This document shows, piece after piece, positions 1 to 17,194 of a stretch of 64,000 nucleotides of DNA; the first letter of the stretch is position 1, and each line of letters starts with the position of its first letter. Origin of the DNA: a virus. The notes beneath the pieces were generated by a model. The model did no database searches and had not been told where the DNA came from. It worked only from the letters and a program-made list of their open reading frames with translations. The DNA is taken from the IMG/VR virus record IMGVR_UViG_3300023174_000089, positions 32,001-96,000 of that record; one strand, given 5' to 3'. A program made the translations under genes and the position numbers.

Positions 1-7261
<7,261 letters not shown>

Positions 7262-7300
7262 GGTTCACTATCCCCTTTGATTTAAAACATACTTCTATAA

Positions 7301-8461
7301 CTAAGTATTTAGTTTAATAGTTTGAGGCAAATCGTGAGGATAATTTTTCTTTAACCAATTCAATTGAAGTCTTGCATCATTTCTTTCATACCAACCATTA
7401 CCAGTGTAAACATTTAAAACGGATTGAAAATATTCCTCATACATTTTGCCAACTTTCTCCAATGTAAAGTTTTCAGCAAAAGCACGACAATTTTTAGGAT
7501 TTATATTGTGTATATTTTGTGCAGCCCACATAAATTGTTCAAAAGTTCTACAACGATAACCGGTAATACCATGAATATTATTTTCTGTAAATGAACCCCA
7601 ATCGGTTGTAATAGTAGGAGTTCCAGAGAACAACATTTCTACCTGAACACCGCCAAAAGGTTCAACATACATTGATGGCACAAAGGCTGCTTTTGCACCA
7701 GACATTAATTTTCTTCGTGTTTCAACGTCAGCATAACCAATTTCAGTAACATGAGCTGGTATTTCTTTGTAACCCATTTGTGTCAATGAGTTTTGACCAG
7801 CAATAACTAATTTTGCACCTATTGCTTCAGTCGCTTGAACGGCAACATTAACACCTTTGCCATCATACACACGACCTAAGAATAGAAAGTAATCTTCTTT
7901 TTTCTCCTGAAAAGTAAAATCATCAGGATCGAAATAGTTTGGAATTACTGCATCATACCAATCTTGTTTACAACTGCCAACTGCTGTCATTCCATAATAA
8001 GCGTGATAGATTGCATATGATTCAAATATTTTCCAACGAGCCCAATGGCCACCAGCATAACCAATTCCTGGTTCTACACAGATCATATCAGAGTGTGCAT
8101 CACAAACTGGACGAACACCAGAACCCCAAAATGGAAGAATGAAATCGTGTTTTTGTTTTCTTAGACCAACTTCACGGATGGCATTTTTATAAAATGTTTG
8201 ATAAGCGTGGTCATTGACATCAAACTTATAGAAGTTCTTCCGCCAGTCATAATCACCATAAGCAATTTCTAAATCTTTATTGGTGGTTACTGTAACGTGT
8301 TCATCACAAACTAAATTTGAATCTTCGTGACCATAGTGAATGATGGTATGGCCAAGAGCCTTCATCATTTTACCAAACTTAACTACCTTTTGTGTATAAG
8401 CACAGGCATTATATTCTTTTGAAGATACTGTATGTGGTAAACCTAAAATATGAAAACGCAT
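7301..8461 (-). CDS. Glycosyltransferase family 4 (GT-B)
   Basis: [12 protein letters not shown] and [16 protein letters not shown] motifs (E-x7-E). Confidence 0.9.
   Translation of the reverse strand: MRFHILGLPHTVSSKEYNACAYTQKVVKFGKMMKALGHTIIHYGHEDSNLVCDEHVTVTTNKDLEIAYGDYDWRKNFYKFDVNDHAYQTFYKNAIREVGLRKQKHDFILPFWGSGVRPVCDAHSDMICVEPGIGYAGGHWARWKIFESYAIYHAYYGMTAVGSCKQDWYDAVIPNYFDPDDFTFQEKKEDYFLFLGRVYDGKGVNVAVQATEAIGAKLVIAGQNSLTQMGYKEIPAHVTEIGYADVETRRKLMSGAKAAFVPSMYVEPFGGVQVEMLFSGTPTITTDWGSFTENNIHGITGYRCRTFEQFMWAAQNIHNINPKNCRAFAENFTLEKVGKMYEEYFQSVLNVYTGNGWYERNDARLQLNWLKKNYPHDLPQTIKLNT
7306..7313 (-). promoter_or_regulatory. T4-type late promoter candidate (ACTAAATA) upstream of the fibre genes
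   Basis: Variant of TATAAATA about 45 nt upstream of the 7261 start. Confidence 0.5.
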
Positions 8462-8482
8462 AATAAAATCACCTTTTAAAAA

Positions 8483-9859
8483 TTATATCGTGATTAGCCT
8501 TCTAATCATTTTAACAGTATTTATTGCTTGTGTGGGACGGAAATATAGGTTGACCAAATTGTTGTTTACGTCAGCATCAAACTGACCTAAAGTAATATCA
8601 CTTACCAATTCACCATATTGTGTCATAAAGGCACAGATACCATTGTGCATGACTCTCAATTCAATTACTTGATAATAAGAACCTGAAGTAATCTGAATTT
8701 CATACTTAGCACTTCGATAAGTATAAATGTCAAAATTGTCAACGGCAATAGGATTTGTGGTAGTTGTATCGAACTGTATAATTGAAACTCCACCACCAGC
8801 AGCTTCTAGTGCTGTTGCTGATGTGATGCGACCAAAACGATCAACCGTTATAATTGGAATTCGATTGGCTGAACCGTAAGTTCCAGGACTTACACCAGTT
8901 TCAGTTAATGCAAATGTACCAGTACCGCCAGTCCCACCAGTTCCACCGGTTATGATTGTTGTTGCTGTGCCTGTACCTGATGTTAATCCTGAGGCATACG
9001 GGTTACTATACAACACAGATGAAACATTTGTTGTTACTGCTAACGGTCTTGCAGTTGCTAAATCTGTTTTTAGTTTTGTTGTTCCAACTATTTGTAATAA
9101 AGAGTTTTGTGTATCACCTACACTTGAAAAAGTGAGAACAGTTTGGTAATCTTTTACGATAGCCAATGAGTTTTGATAGAAATTGATATCACCATTACGT
9201 CTAACATTTAATAAAGATTCTAAGGCATTGACATCAGTTATAATTGTATTGATACTAGAAACAGAAATATTACTGTAAGTATTTCCATCAAATTCATATA
9301 AAGAATTGCCTAAAGTTATTGCATCCTGAATTATTGAATTGCTTGTTGAATTAACATCATCACGAATATAAAGACTGGTGAAATTACCTAGTATAGGTAC
9401 ATTATTCTGTGTTTGGTCCGCTTTATTCGTTAATGCTAAAACCTGTCGACCTATCGATAAGGCAGTATTTAAATCTGGATACAAAACCGTATTTGCTGAG
9501 CGTTCAACACCAGAGATATAATCTGTATGTGTTTTAAAATTTGAAACTGCTGTAAGTGTATTGATGACAGATGTGTATAGAGTATTTGCTTGAGTTGGTG
9601 CAGCATTAAATGTTATATTACTTGTATTACAATTAGCAGCCATGCCATTTAAAACGATTGTAATATTATTCAATACTGATGTGTAAGGATTTTGATAATA
9701 TCCTGTGGCTGTGGCAGATGCAATGTCATCAACCTGCCATTGGCTTAAATTGATTGAAGAATTATTAAGAAAGTTATTTGCACCAGGAGCTAAATCAACA
9801 TCATCACCAAATTTGGTGGTATCAAAATTATAACCTAGTCGATTGTATATGCTAGACAT
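8483..9859 (-). CDS. Virion structural protein (tail/baseplate associated)
   Basis: Fibre-type motif GVSPGTYGSANRIPIITVDRFGRITSA, C-terminal YRSAKYEIQI...HNG domain common in T4-like virion proteins; lies in the baseplate operon. Confidence 0.6.
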   Translation of the reverse strand: MSSIYNRLGYNFDTTKFGDDVDLAPGANNFLNNSSINLSQWQVDDIASATATGYYQNPYTSVLNNITIVLNGMAANCNTSNITFNAAPTQANTLYTSVINTLTAVSNFKTHTDYISGVERSANTVLYPDLNTALSIGRQVLALTNKADQTQNNVPILGNFTSLYIRDDVNSTSNSIIQDAITLGNSLYEFDGNTYSNISVSSINTIITDVNALESLLNVRRNGDINFYQNSLAIVKDYQTVLTFSSVGDTQNSLLQIVGTTKLKTDLATARPLAVTTNVSSVLYSNPYASGLTSGTGTATTIITGGTGGTGGTGTFALTETGVSPGTYGSANRIPIITVDRFGRITSATALEAAGGGVSIIQFDTTTTNPIAVDNFDIYTYRSAKYEIQITSGSYYQVIELRVMHNGICAFMTQYGELVSDITLGQFDADVNNNLVNLYFRPTQAINTVKMIRRLITI

Positions 9860-9860
9860 A

Positions 9861-10604
9861 TTATGATTCCATTGGTGCGTTTAGAGGTGGCGATGTTGGG
9901 AATCCACGGTTACCAATATGTGTATGCATGTTTACTTTGATTCTGAACATTTCTACTGAACCAAACATATCAGAAACCATTGGTGCAAACATTGATACAC
10001 CTGCATCGATAGTTGTTCCTGCAATCATGTAACCTAAAGTTTCAACAGATTTGTTACCAGATACAGAAAGACCTGCTGTTATATTACCATCAGCCTGAAT
10101 AGACTGTGATGTGCCTATATCACCACGAACATATAGATCAGCATTAACATTAACTGTTGATGCACCTAGTGTAATATCACCTGAAGAATTAATTTCTACA
10201 TCACCATCAACAGATTGTATTGCATCACCGGAGATGGCTTGATTGACATCACCTTTGATATTTTGAAAAGCTGATCCATCAATTTGTGTGTAAGCATCAC
10301 CTTTTACATGAAGCACCGAATTACCTTCAATCGTTATATTACATATGCCTTTAATTAATACATTTTTATCAGAGGCAATAATCTCATAACCTTTGCCAAC
10401 AATTTTGTGAACTTCATCACCATTTGGGTGCATCTCAATGAATGAACCAGAACGGTGTTGTATGCGCACACGTTCCCGTGTTGGTGTATCATCCATTTCA
10501 AATGAATGACCAGATTCAGTTTGTTGTATATTATTATATGAATATATTGGCTGGTAATCAGTATTGGCTGCTGATTCCGGTTCGGTCCATGACATATCTG
10601 GCAT
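9861..10604 (-). CDS. Baseplate spike, gp5 C-terminal (beta-helix) half
   Basis: TESGHSFEMDDTPTRERVRIQHRSGSFIEMHPNG gp5 motif, 8-residue (V/I)xG repeats, terminal HTH (HxH) motif. Confidence 0.85.
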   Translation of the reverse strand: MPDMSWTEPESAANTDYQPIYSYNNIQQTESGHSFEMDDTPTRERVRIQHRSGSFIEMHPNGDEVHKIVGKGYEIIASDKNVLIKGICNITIEGNSVLHVKGDAYTQIDGSAFQNIKGDVNQAISGDAIQSVDGDVEINSSGDITLGASTVNVNADLYVRGDIGTSQSIQADGNITAGLSVSGNKSVETLGYMIAGTTIDAGVSMFAPMVSDMFGSVEMFRIKVNMHTHIGNRGFPTSPPLNAPMES

Positions 10605-11539
10605 TATGGCTTCACAATCGTTTTTTGAGTTGGCACAATAGTTTCTTTATCGGTCAATGCCTTTTCAGCTGCAATTGCAGATGAGTTGGCTAAAGAAACA
10701 TTACCTTCTAAAATATTTTTCTGTATTTCTTGGCCAACAGCAATTGCTCCCGAAATTCCACTAACCGCTTCATTTAAACATTGTTGTAAAAGTTTAGCAA
10801 TTCTAGTTGGTAATGTGGCAATATAATTAACTAATTTTTGTAATTCATCTATTAAATCTTTTGCTGCTTTAATATTATCTTGCACCTTTTTAATAAATTT
10901 TTGTACCACTTTAATTTGTGATTTAATTGTTTTCACTGCACTTCTTATCTCATCAGCAAAAGGACTCGATGATGCACTAGCCCAAAGTGCTTTAAGTTCT
11001 GTTCTAATTACTTCTACAAGTTCACTTACTTTAAATGACATCTTGGCGATTTCAAATTTCATACTCATAGATATATCACATACGTGAGCAACTTTTGAAT
11101 TTGATTCTGCAATAGCCGTTTTATCAACTACACCTCTTGATAAAGGTGAAAGTGTTGGTTTTCCAACTTCATATTGAACCTGACCTTTAGGTGGCGTTGC
11201 AGGTTTTAAATCACTTTGAGGTGAAAATCCTTTACTTTTATCTGGTGAGGCTTCAAGACCAGGAAAAACACCCATCATTACTGGCGCTTGAGAAGAACTA
11301 CCATCTGAAAAGAAACCCATCACATAATCACCCAATCTAGGTGCACTAAATGATTTTGAGTTATTAACAGGATTAACCGCTGCAGCCCAAGGCAAATCTT
11401 TAGTTGGCAATTCGGCTAGATTATCTGTATGGTGACCAAAGATACGAACCTTTGCACGACCTAGTTTGGCAGGATCATTAACATCCTCCACTACACCATA
11501 CCACCAATTAAATCCGTCTTTTCCTATAAAATTGTTCAT
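10604..11539 (-). CDS. Baseplate hub gp5 N-terminal OB-fold half
   Basis: FNWWYGVVEDVNDPAKLGRAKVRIFGHH...LPWA...VMGFFSDG...PVMMG is the Gp5_OB signature. Confidence 0.88.
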   Translation of the reverse strand: MNNFIGKDGFNWWYGVVEDVNDPAKLGRAKVRIFGHHTDNLAELPTKDLPWAAAVNPVNNSKSFSAPRLGDYVMGFFSDGSSSQAPVMMGVFPGLEASPDKSKGFSPQSDLKPATPPKGQVQYEVGKPTLSPLSRGVVDKTAIAESNSKVAHVCDISMSMKFEIAKMSFKVSELVEVIRTELKALWASASSSPFADEIRSAVKTIKSQIKVVQKFIKKVQDNIKAAKDLIDELQKLVNYIATLPTRIAKLLQQCLNEAVSGISGAIAVGQEIQKNILEGNVSLANSSAIAAEKALTDKETIVPTQKTIVKP

Positions 11540-12912
11540 TCTTCTACTGCCTCTTTAAATTCAGCTGTGTTGATATTTTGATAATTACTTGGTACACTAT
11601 CTTTACTAATCTCAACAACGGTTTGATATTTGTTTGGCTGTATGATATGCCTTACTGCTGTGACCAAATATTTACCTGAATAAAATTTATCTAATTGTTT
11701 CTCTCTTGTTTCTGGTTTCAATGACATCAAATTAAATTCAATCGTTCTTCCTACTGTGAGGCCTGGATCTCCAGGTATCGTTATCTTAACTACAGTATAG
11801 TTTGCCAATGCTATTTGTGCTGTTCTATTCGGTACGTAAGTTTCTACTGCAATATTTTTTGCAACTGATCCTGGTATTTCTTTGAAATAAGCTGCATCAT
11901 TTTGTCCTGAGTTTGATAATGCCACTTTTAAAGTAGCGTCATATGTTTCATACTGTGTCAAACCTAATCTATTTTTTAGTGCATTACTGACATCACCATC
12001 ATTTAATGAAACAGCCTGATCTTTGTATTTTGAATAATTGAAATCAGTTATTTTGTATGTTCTTGTTAATGGATCGATAGATATCAATCGGTTTGCAAAT
12101 GTACCGGAACTTATTTCATTTACCGAATCATATGTCTTAACGAACTCATAATCCAAAACACTTATTGTTTTTTCTTTGAACGATTGTTTGTCCATTTCAA
12201 TGTTTTGTGCCTGATATTTATAGGTGGCATATGGTTTTTCTTTAAACATTGATTGTAATGATCTATAATTATAACCTTCTTTTGTTTCAAAAAACAACAT
12301 ATCAGCACCAATTGAACCATTACCAGCAGGCCGAGCATATGTTGATAACCAACTAATTGCTTCAAATGGTTTTAATCTTGGTATTACAAAATCATATAAA
12401 CCTGTTGTGGGTTCAATAATATTAATTTTATCTTTCGATACTCTTAATCTATCAACTAATATATTTTCAACTATATCTGATATTTTATAACCAGTATATG
12501 ACTTACTAATTTTAATTTGTTCAGATAACAATAATTCTTCAGAACAAAAATATAATGTATATGTTTCTGTGTTTAAATTGCCAGAAGGTTTTTTATCACC
12601 AATTTTATATACACGAAATAATTGAATATTGTTATTTGGCCCATTCTTTACTTTGCCAAAGTTAACTTCAATAAATTCATTACCAGTTAATTGAAAGAGT
12701 TCAATGAAACCTTGAGAGTCGGTAATTGTAATATAACCAGATGCTGTAAAACTATACAAATCTTCATAGTATGACATATCGACCAATAATTTCTTTAACT
12801 CAAACCTTTGACCACTAGCAGTCAAAAAATTTAGAGTTTCTAAAGAAAAATCTTGTGCGTAGTAGGCGCCAGGAGATTCTACACCTACAGATGATTGATC
12901 AATTTCTGCCAT
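11536..12912 (-). CDS. Baseplate hub protein (gp27-like)
   Basis: Located between gp53 and gp5; YYEDLYS...GYITITDS, ITIPGD and YSGKYLVTAVRH motifs. Confidence 0.75.
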   Translation of the reverse strand: MAEIDQSSVGVESPGAYYAQDFSLETLNFLTASGQRFELKKLLVDMSYYEDLYSFTASGYITITDSQGFIELFQLTGNEFIEVNFGKVKNGPNNNIQLFRVYKIGDKKPSGNLNTETYTLYFCSEELLLSEQIKISKSYTGYKISDIVENILVDRLRVSKDKINIIEPTTGLYDFVIPRLKPFEAISWLSTYARPAGNGSIGADMLFFETKEGYNYRSLQSMFKEKPYATYKYQAQNIEMDKQSFKEKTISVLDYEFVKTYDSVNEISSGTFANRLISIDPLTRTYKITDFNYSKYKDQAVSLNDGDVSNALKNRLGLTQYETYDATLKVALSNSGQNDAAYFKEIPGSVAKNIAVETYVPNRTAQIALANYTVVKITIPGDPGLTVGRTIEFNLMSLKPETREKQLDKFYSGKYLVTAVRHIIQPNKYQTVVEISKDSVPSNYQNINTAEFKEAVEE

Positions 12913-12913
12913 G

Positions 12914-13507
12914 TTATGCCATCAATTTTTTAAACTGCTTTTCTAATTCACCTACGTAACTTGAATTTAATAGTTTTATGTTTCTGTATGATTCATTTAA
13001 ATCAGATTCATAATCATAATAAGAAACAGTTCTTTTACTTGTAGTGATACTAAAAGGTCCAGTGGCCATACTACGTTCAAATATACCTGTGCTCATTGTA
13101 TTGTATGTGTTTTGATCGATTGTGTATTTTTCTACCGTGGTCGTATTTGTATTTAAATCAATTTTTGTAATTACTTTTTCATAGTGATGTATTGTTGACT
13201 TTGTATTAAAAGTATATTTGTCCGCCAAATAGGATTCAAACACACTTGATTGTAGCGGCCAATGCCATTGTGGATCTAATATTTCATTAACATATAAAAC
13301 AATCCAGTAACGATAAGAATCACCATAATACTTATAAGCAATAATTTCTGGTGTATCACCTTCTTGTATATCATAAGCATAATATACTAAAGGATTTTTT
13401 AATATTTCTGGAATAATACTACATCTTGCCATCAGGTTAACCATTAAAGATGATTGACCATTTGGCTCCGTTTTTATAATTTTAGGAAGTGTGTCGAAGT
13501 ATTGCAT
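12914..13507 (-). CDS. Baseplate wedge subunit gp53
   Basis: YDIQEGDTPEIIAYKYYGDSYRYWIVLYVNEILDPQWHWPL LysM-like gp53 motif. Confidence 0.9.
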   Translation of the reverse strand: MQYFDTLPKIIKTEPNGQSSLMVNLMARCSIIPEILKNPLVYYAYDIQEGDTPEIIAYKYYGDSYRYWIVLYVNEILDPQWHWPLQSSVFESYLADKYTFNTKSTIHHYEKVITKIDLNTNTTTVEKYTIDQNTYNTMSTGIFERSMATGPFSITTSKRTVSYYDYESDLNESYRNIKLLNSSYVGELEKQFKKLMA

Positions 13508-14514
13508 TAATAACCTTGATTTTCTATTTTTTCTCTTGTAATGAGTTCGATTTCTTTAAAATTGATTGTTACTGTTGTTTGCACTGGTGCACCATCACCG
13601 AATGTGGAGAATCCATTAGGTGAATAATTGACATCAATACTTTCAATCACACTTTCTGCAACACGACCAACATTCTGGTTTCTTTTACCGTCAAATAAAA
13701 AATCTAAATTAAATGTCGATGGAGGAATAAAAAACATTCCTGCTGTGCCTTCTACCAACCTTGGTGCCGCATGCATCTTTAACATTTTTACAATTTTTGC
13801 AACTGTTTCGGCTTCTTTTTTAGAATATGGTGTAAATGTAAATGCCATTTGATATGTTCTGAAATCGATGCCATCAAATAGTAATTGTTGTTGTGGGTTG
13901 AAAGCGATACCAGCACCTTTAGCCAACAATCTTGCTGGCCCACTATTTGCTATAGAAGCAAGTGCACCAACTGCTTTTCCTGCCAAAGGTACTTGTGAAG
14001 CAGCATCAACTAAACTTAATTGACCATATGAGGCATTGTATGTAAATGCCATTGTGTCTGGTATATACAAAGAAATTGTTGCAACTGATCTTTTTGTTGG
14101 ACTTTTAATATTAATATTTTCATTGCCCAAAAATTCTTTTACGCCAGCAACACCTTTATCTAAAGCAGACTCGATTGTAAAATTTTCAAGTGGATTCTCT
14201 ATTTTTCCGTTTCTTACATTGTCGACAAAGGTGCCTACATTTTTTTTGGCGGTTTCTAAAGATTCACCAGCTGAACCGAGTATTTTATCTTTAGCTTTGA
14301 TGAATGAACTTTTTACTGATTCATAGGTTGCTGGTTCTACTTCATTGACATTGATTACTACAACATGGCCTCTCGTAGATGTTTGTAAATCTCTTGGATA
14401 TTGTAAGTCTGTTCGACCAAACTTGTTTCCAAACAGAGCACCCAATGGTCCTTCAACCACAGCACCAGGTATAGAAACACCACCTATGGAATTTGGTATG
14501 GTAATGATAGCCAT
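13507..14514 (-). CDS. Baseplate tail-tube cap gp48
   Basis: ISLYIPD, NPQQQLLFDGIDFRTYQMAFTFTP and FKEIELITRE motifs. Start moved to MAIIT (ATG at 14514, GAGGA RBS) to avoid overlapping gp4. Confidence 0.85.
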   Translation of the reverse strand: MAIITIPNSIGGVSIPGAVVEGPLGALFGNKFGRTDLQYPRDLQTSTRGHVVVINVNEVEPATYESVKSSFIKAKDKILGSAGESLETAKKNVGTFVDNVRNGKIENPLENFTIESALDKGVAGVKEFLGNENINIKSPTKRSVATISLYIPDTMAFTYNASYGQLSLVDAASQVPLAGKAVGALASIANSGPARLLAKGAGIAFNPQQQLLFDGIDFRTYQMAFTFTPYSKKEAETVAKIVKMLKMHAAPRLVEGTAGMFFIPPSTFNLDFLFDGKRNQNVGRVAESVIESIDVNYSPNGFSTFGDGAPVQTTVTINFKEIELITREKIENQGY

Positions 14515-14543
14515 TAAGTCCTCTGTAAAAAAGTTATACATAG

Positions 14544-14551
14544 TATTTATA
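14544..14551 (-). promoter_or_regulatory. T4-type late promoter TATAAATA driving the gp48-gp53-gp5 operon
   Basis: Exact T4 late consensus about 30 nt upstream of the gp48 start. Confidence 0.75.
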
Positions 14552-14985
14552 TGGCTTATAATGGACGTTTCACACCTTCTAATCCTCAAAAATACGTTGG
14601 GGACCCTAAAAATATCATCTATCGCTCATCTTGGGAGTGTAAGATGATGAACTGGCTCGACAAAAATCCAGATATTATATCGTGGGCTTCTGAAGAATTG
14701 ACTATTCCATACAAATCTCCGTCAGATGGCCGTTGGCATCGTTACTTTCCAGACTTCTTGGTTAAAGTAAAGACTAAAAACGGAACACTAAAAACCATGT
14801 TACTTGAAGTGAAACCAAAGAAACAAACGGTTACTCCTGAACCTAGAAAACGTGTTACCAAACAATATGTAAACGAGGTAGTTACATATGGAGTCAATCA
14901 GGCTAAGTGGAAAGCAGCAACCGAATACTGTTTAGACCGTGGTTGGGAGTTCAAGATTATAACAGAGGAACATCTAGGACTCTAG
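14551..14985 (+). CDS. Head completion nuclease gp4 (TnsA-like)
   Basis: YRSSWE...WASEE...YFPDF...EVKP...NQAKW motifs. Confidence 0.92.
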   Translation: MAYNGRFTPSNPQKYVGDPKNIIYRSSWECKMMNWLDKNPDIISWASEELTIPYKSPSDGRWHRYFPDFLVKVKTKNGTLKTMLLEVKPKKQTVTPEPRKRVTKQYVNEVVTYGVNQAKWKAATEYCLDRGWEFKIITEEHLGL

Positions 14986-14998
14986 ACTAAATAATCCA

Positions 14999-15595
14999 AT
15001 GGGATCAAAACTTACACAACTGGCTAAAGAAAGAACCACTGCTCAACTACAAGTAATGGGCCGTGAGTCAATTAAATGGTTAACTGCAAAGATTGCTGAT
15101 TTAAGAAATCCATCTGGAATAGCATCAACAATCAATAATGAGGCCTTTCGAAAAAGAAATAGATTTGTAACTGGTGGTTTGTATTATTTTTACTATGACC
15201 CCAAAACAAAAAAAGATATGCCATACTATGATAGATTTCCTCTGGTATTGGTATTAGAAAGATATAAAGATGGTTTTCTTGGTTTGAACCTACATTATTT
15301 ACCGGTAAAATACCGAATTGCACTTTTGGATAAATTGATGGATTACGCCATCCTTGACGGCAATAATGACATTATGCGTATGAGAGTCAGCTACGATATT
15401 TTAAACGCCTCCAAGCGTTACAGAGAGTTTCGGCCATGCCTTAAAAAGTATTTACATGGTCACATACAATCAAAAATACTTGCCGTCCAACCAAATGAGT
15501 GGGATATTGCGGCATACTTACCAATTCAACAGTTTAAAAAGGCAACTGTAAATGAAGTTTGGCAAGATTCATTAGACGAAATAAGGAAACACTAA
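14999..15595 (+). CDS. DNA end protector protein gp2
   Basis: YDPKTK..PYYDRFPLV...FLGLNLHYLP motif; ACTAAATA late-promoter-like site at 14986-14993. Confidence 0.92.
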   Translation: MGSKLTQLAKERTTAQLQVMGRESIKWLTAKIADLRNPSGIASTINNEAFRKRNRFVTGGLYYFYYDPKTKKDMPYYDRFPLVLVLERYKDGFLGLNLHYLPVKYRIALLDKLMDYAILDGNNDIMRMRVSYDILNASKRYREFRPCLKKYLHGHIQSKILAVQPNEWDIAAYLPIQQFKKATVNEVWQDSLDEIRKH

Positions 15596-16264
15596 ATGCC
15601 TCGTACCATTAACGACTTTAAATCCACTTTCACAAAAGACCTAGCCAGAGCAAATAGGTTTGATGTAAACATTCCCATTCCTTTAACTTTAATACCATAC
15701 ATCAAATCTGCCAAAAATTTGACATACCGTTGTGAGAATGCTCATTTACCTGGCAGAAGTTTAATGACTGTAGAGCAAAAGATTGGATCAAATCCAGTTG
15801 AAAAGTATCCATATCTAACTGGTTACAACGATATCGATTTAACATTTATTGTTGACGGCGATATGCAACAGAAAATATTTTTTGATGCATGGATAAACTT
15901 TATCAATCCAACATACAATTATAATTTTAGATACAAAGGTGATTATGCAACAACAATGCAAGTTAATCAATATGATTTAGAAAATAAAATATCATATTCG
16001 GTTAATTTGTTTGATGCTTTTCCGATTTCAATGAACCAATTAGATTTGGATTGGTCATCAGACAATCCACATAAACTTTCAGTAACTTTTGCATACACCC
16101 GTTGGAGTAATAATTCGTTACAAGCATTTGGTATGGAATTGGTCGATGCAGGTTTGGCCAATTTCTCAGATATAGTTGGCGGATTAGGCGGAAATGCTCA
16201 AGGTGCTTTGAGTAATGCTGGTCAATCAATAATAAACAAGGTGCAAAATACTATATTCAAGTGA
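15596..16264 (+). CDS. Tail tube initiator gp54 (gp19-fold)
   Basis: LARANRFDV, CENAHLPGR, FFDAW, AFPISM...LDWS...VTFAY motifs. Confidence 0.8.
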   Translation: MPRTINDFKSTFTKDLARANRFDVNIPIPLTLIPYIKSAKNLTYRCENAHLPGRSLMTVEQKIGSNPVEKYPYLTGYNDIDLTFIVDGDMQQKIFFDAWINFINPTYNYNFRYKGDYATTMQVNQYDLENKISYSVNLFDAFPISMNQLDLDWSSDNPHKLSVTFAYTRWSNNSLQAFGMELVDAGLANFSDIVGGLGGNAQGALSNAGQSIINKVQNTIFK

Positions 16265-16283
16265 TTTTATAAGGAGATAAATT

Positions 16284-17009
16284 ATGGCTTTACCAAAACT
16301 TGACGTGCCGACATATGAAATAGAATTACCATTGTCAGGAAAAAAAATTAAGTATCGACCATTTTTGGTCAAAGAGCAAAGAAATCTTTTGATGGCAGTA
16401 GAATCAAATGAAACATCTACCATACATCAAAATGTAAAAGATATTCTCTACAATTGCACTCTGACAGAAGGTGTCGATATTGAAAAATTACCCATCATTG
16501 ACGTTGAATTTTATTTTGTCAATTTACGTGCCAAATCAGTAGGTGAAGTCGTTGAATCAAAATACAAATGCAACAACGAAGTTGATGGTAAAGTTTGTGG
16601 CAATCTAATGGAGAAAGATATTAATCTATTAGATTTGAAGGTTTCACAAGATAATCCTGTTAGTCCAGAAATTCAATTAACAGATTCAATTTCAATTAAA
16701 TTAAAATATCCTGAATTCAATATAGTTCAAGATTCATTGAAATATAATAACATTACTGAAACAACATTCAACATGATTGCCAACTCAATAGAGTATATCT
16801 ATGATGGTGAGCAATTTTATTATGCATCTGAAGCACAACCAGGTGAAATGTTAGAATTTGTAGAAGGTATGAATCAGGCACAGTTTTCTAAAGTTGAAGA
16901 ATTTTTTAATAACTTGCCAAGATTAAAAGAAACAATTGAAATTGATTGCTCAAAATGTGGGTTTCACCATAAATTAGAAGTAGAAGGCCTAGAAAATTTT
17001 TTCGGCTAA
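16284..17009 (+). CDS. Baseplate hub assembly protein gp26
   Basis: MALPKLDVPTY...YRPFLVKE...LRAKSVGE...CSKC...EGLENFF signature. Confidence 0.9.
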   Translation: MALPKLDVPTYEIELPLSGKKIKYRPFLVKEQRNLLMAVESNETSTIHQNVKDILYNCTLTEGVDIEKLPIIDVEFYFVNLRAKSVGEVVESKYKCNNEVDGKVCGNLMEKDINLLDLKVSQDNPVSPEIQLTDSISIKLKYPEFNIVQDSLKYNNITETTFNMIANSIEYIYDGEQFYYASEAQPGEMLEFVEGMNQAQFSKVEEFFNNLPRLKETIEIDCSKCGFHHKLEVEGLENFFG

Positions 17010-17191
17010 TTTTTCGTCATGACAATCTGAGTAATTATTACAAGACAAACTTTTCATTGATACAACACCACAAATATAGTTTGTCAGAGCTTGAAAATAT
17101 GATGCCTTGGGAACGGGACATTTACGTTTCTATGTTGATTGCGTATATTGAAGAAGAAAACCAAAAGATACGAGAAAGACAAAGAAAATAG
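16997..17191 (+). CDS. gp51-like baseplate hub assembly catalyst, in the -1 frame relative to gp26, no ATG before the conserved region
   Basis: Manual translation: FFRLIFRHDNLSNYYKTNFSLIQHHKYSLSELENMMPWERDIYVSMLIAYIEEENQKIRERQRK*. Missing from the ORF track. Confidence 0.8.
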   Translation, partial: FFRLIFRHDNLSNYYKTNFSLIQHHKYSLSELENMMPWERDIYVSMLIAYIEEENQKIRERQRK

Positions 17192-17194
17192 TAG

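Noticed and set aside
14515-14589. N-terminal extension of gp48 given in the ORF track
   Set aside because: It overlaps gp4 and the late promoter; the ATG at 14514 has an RBS.
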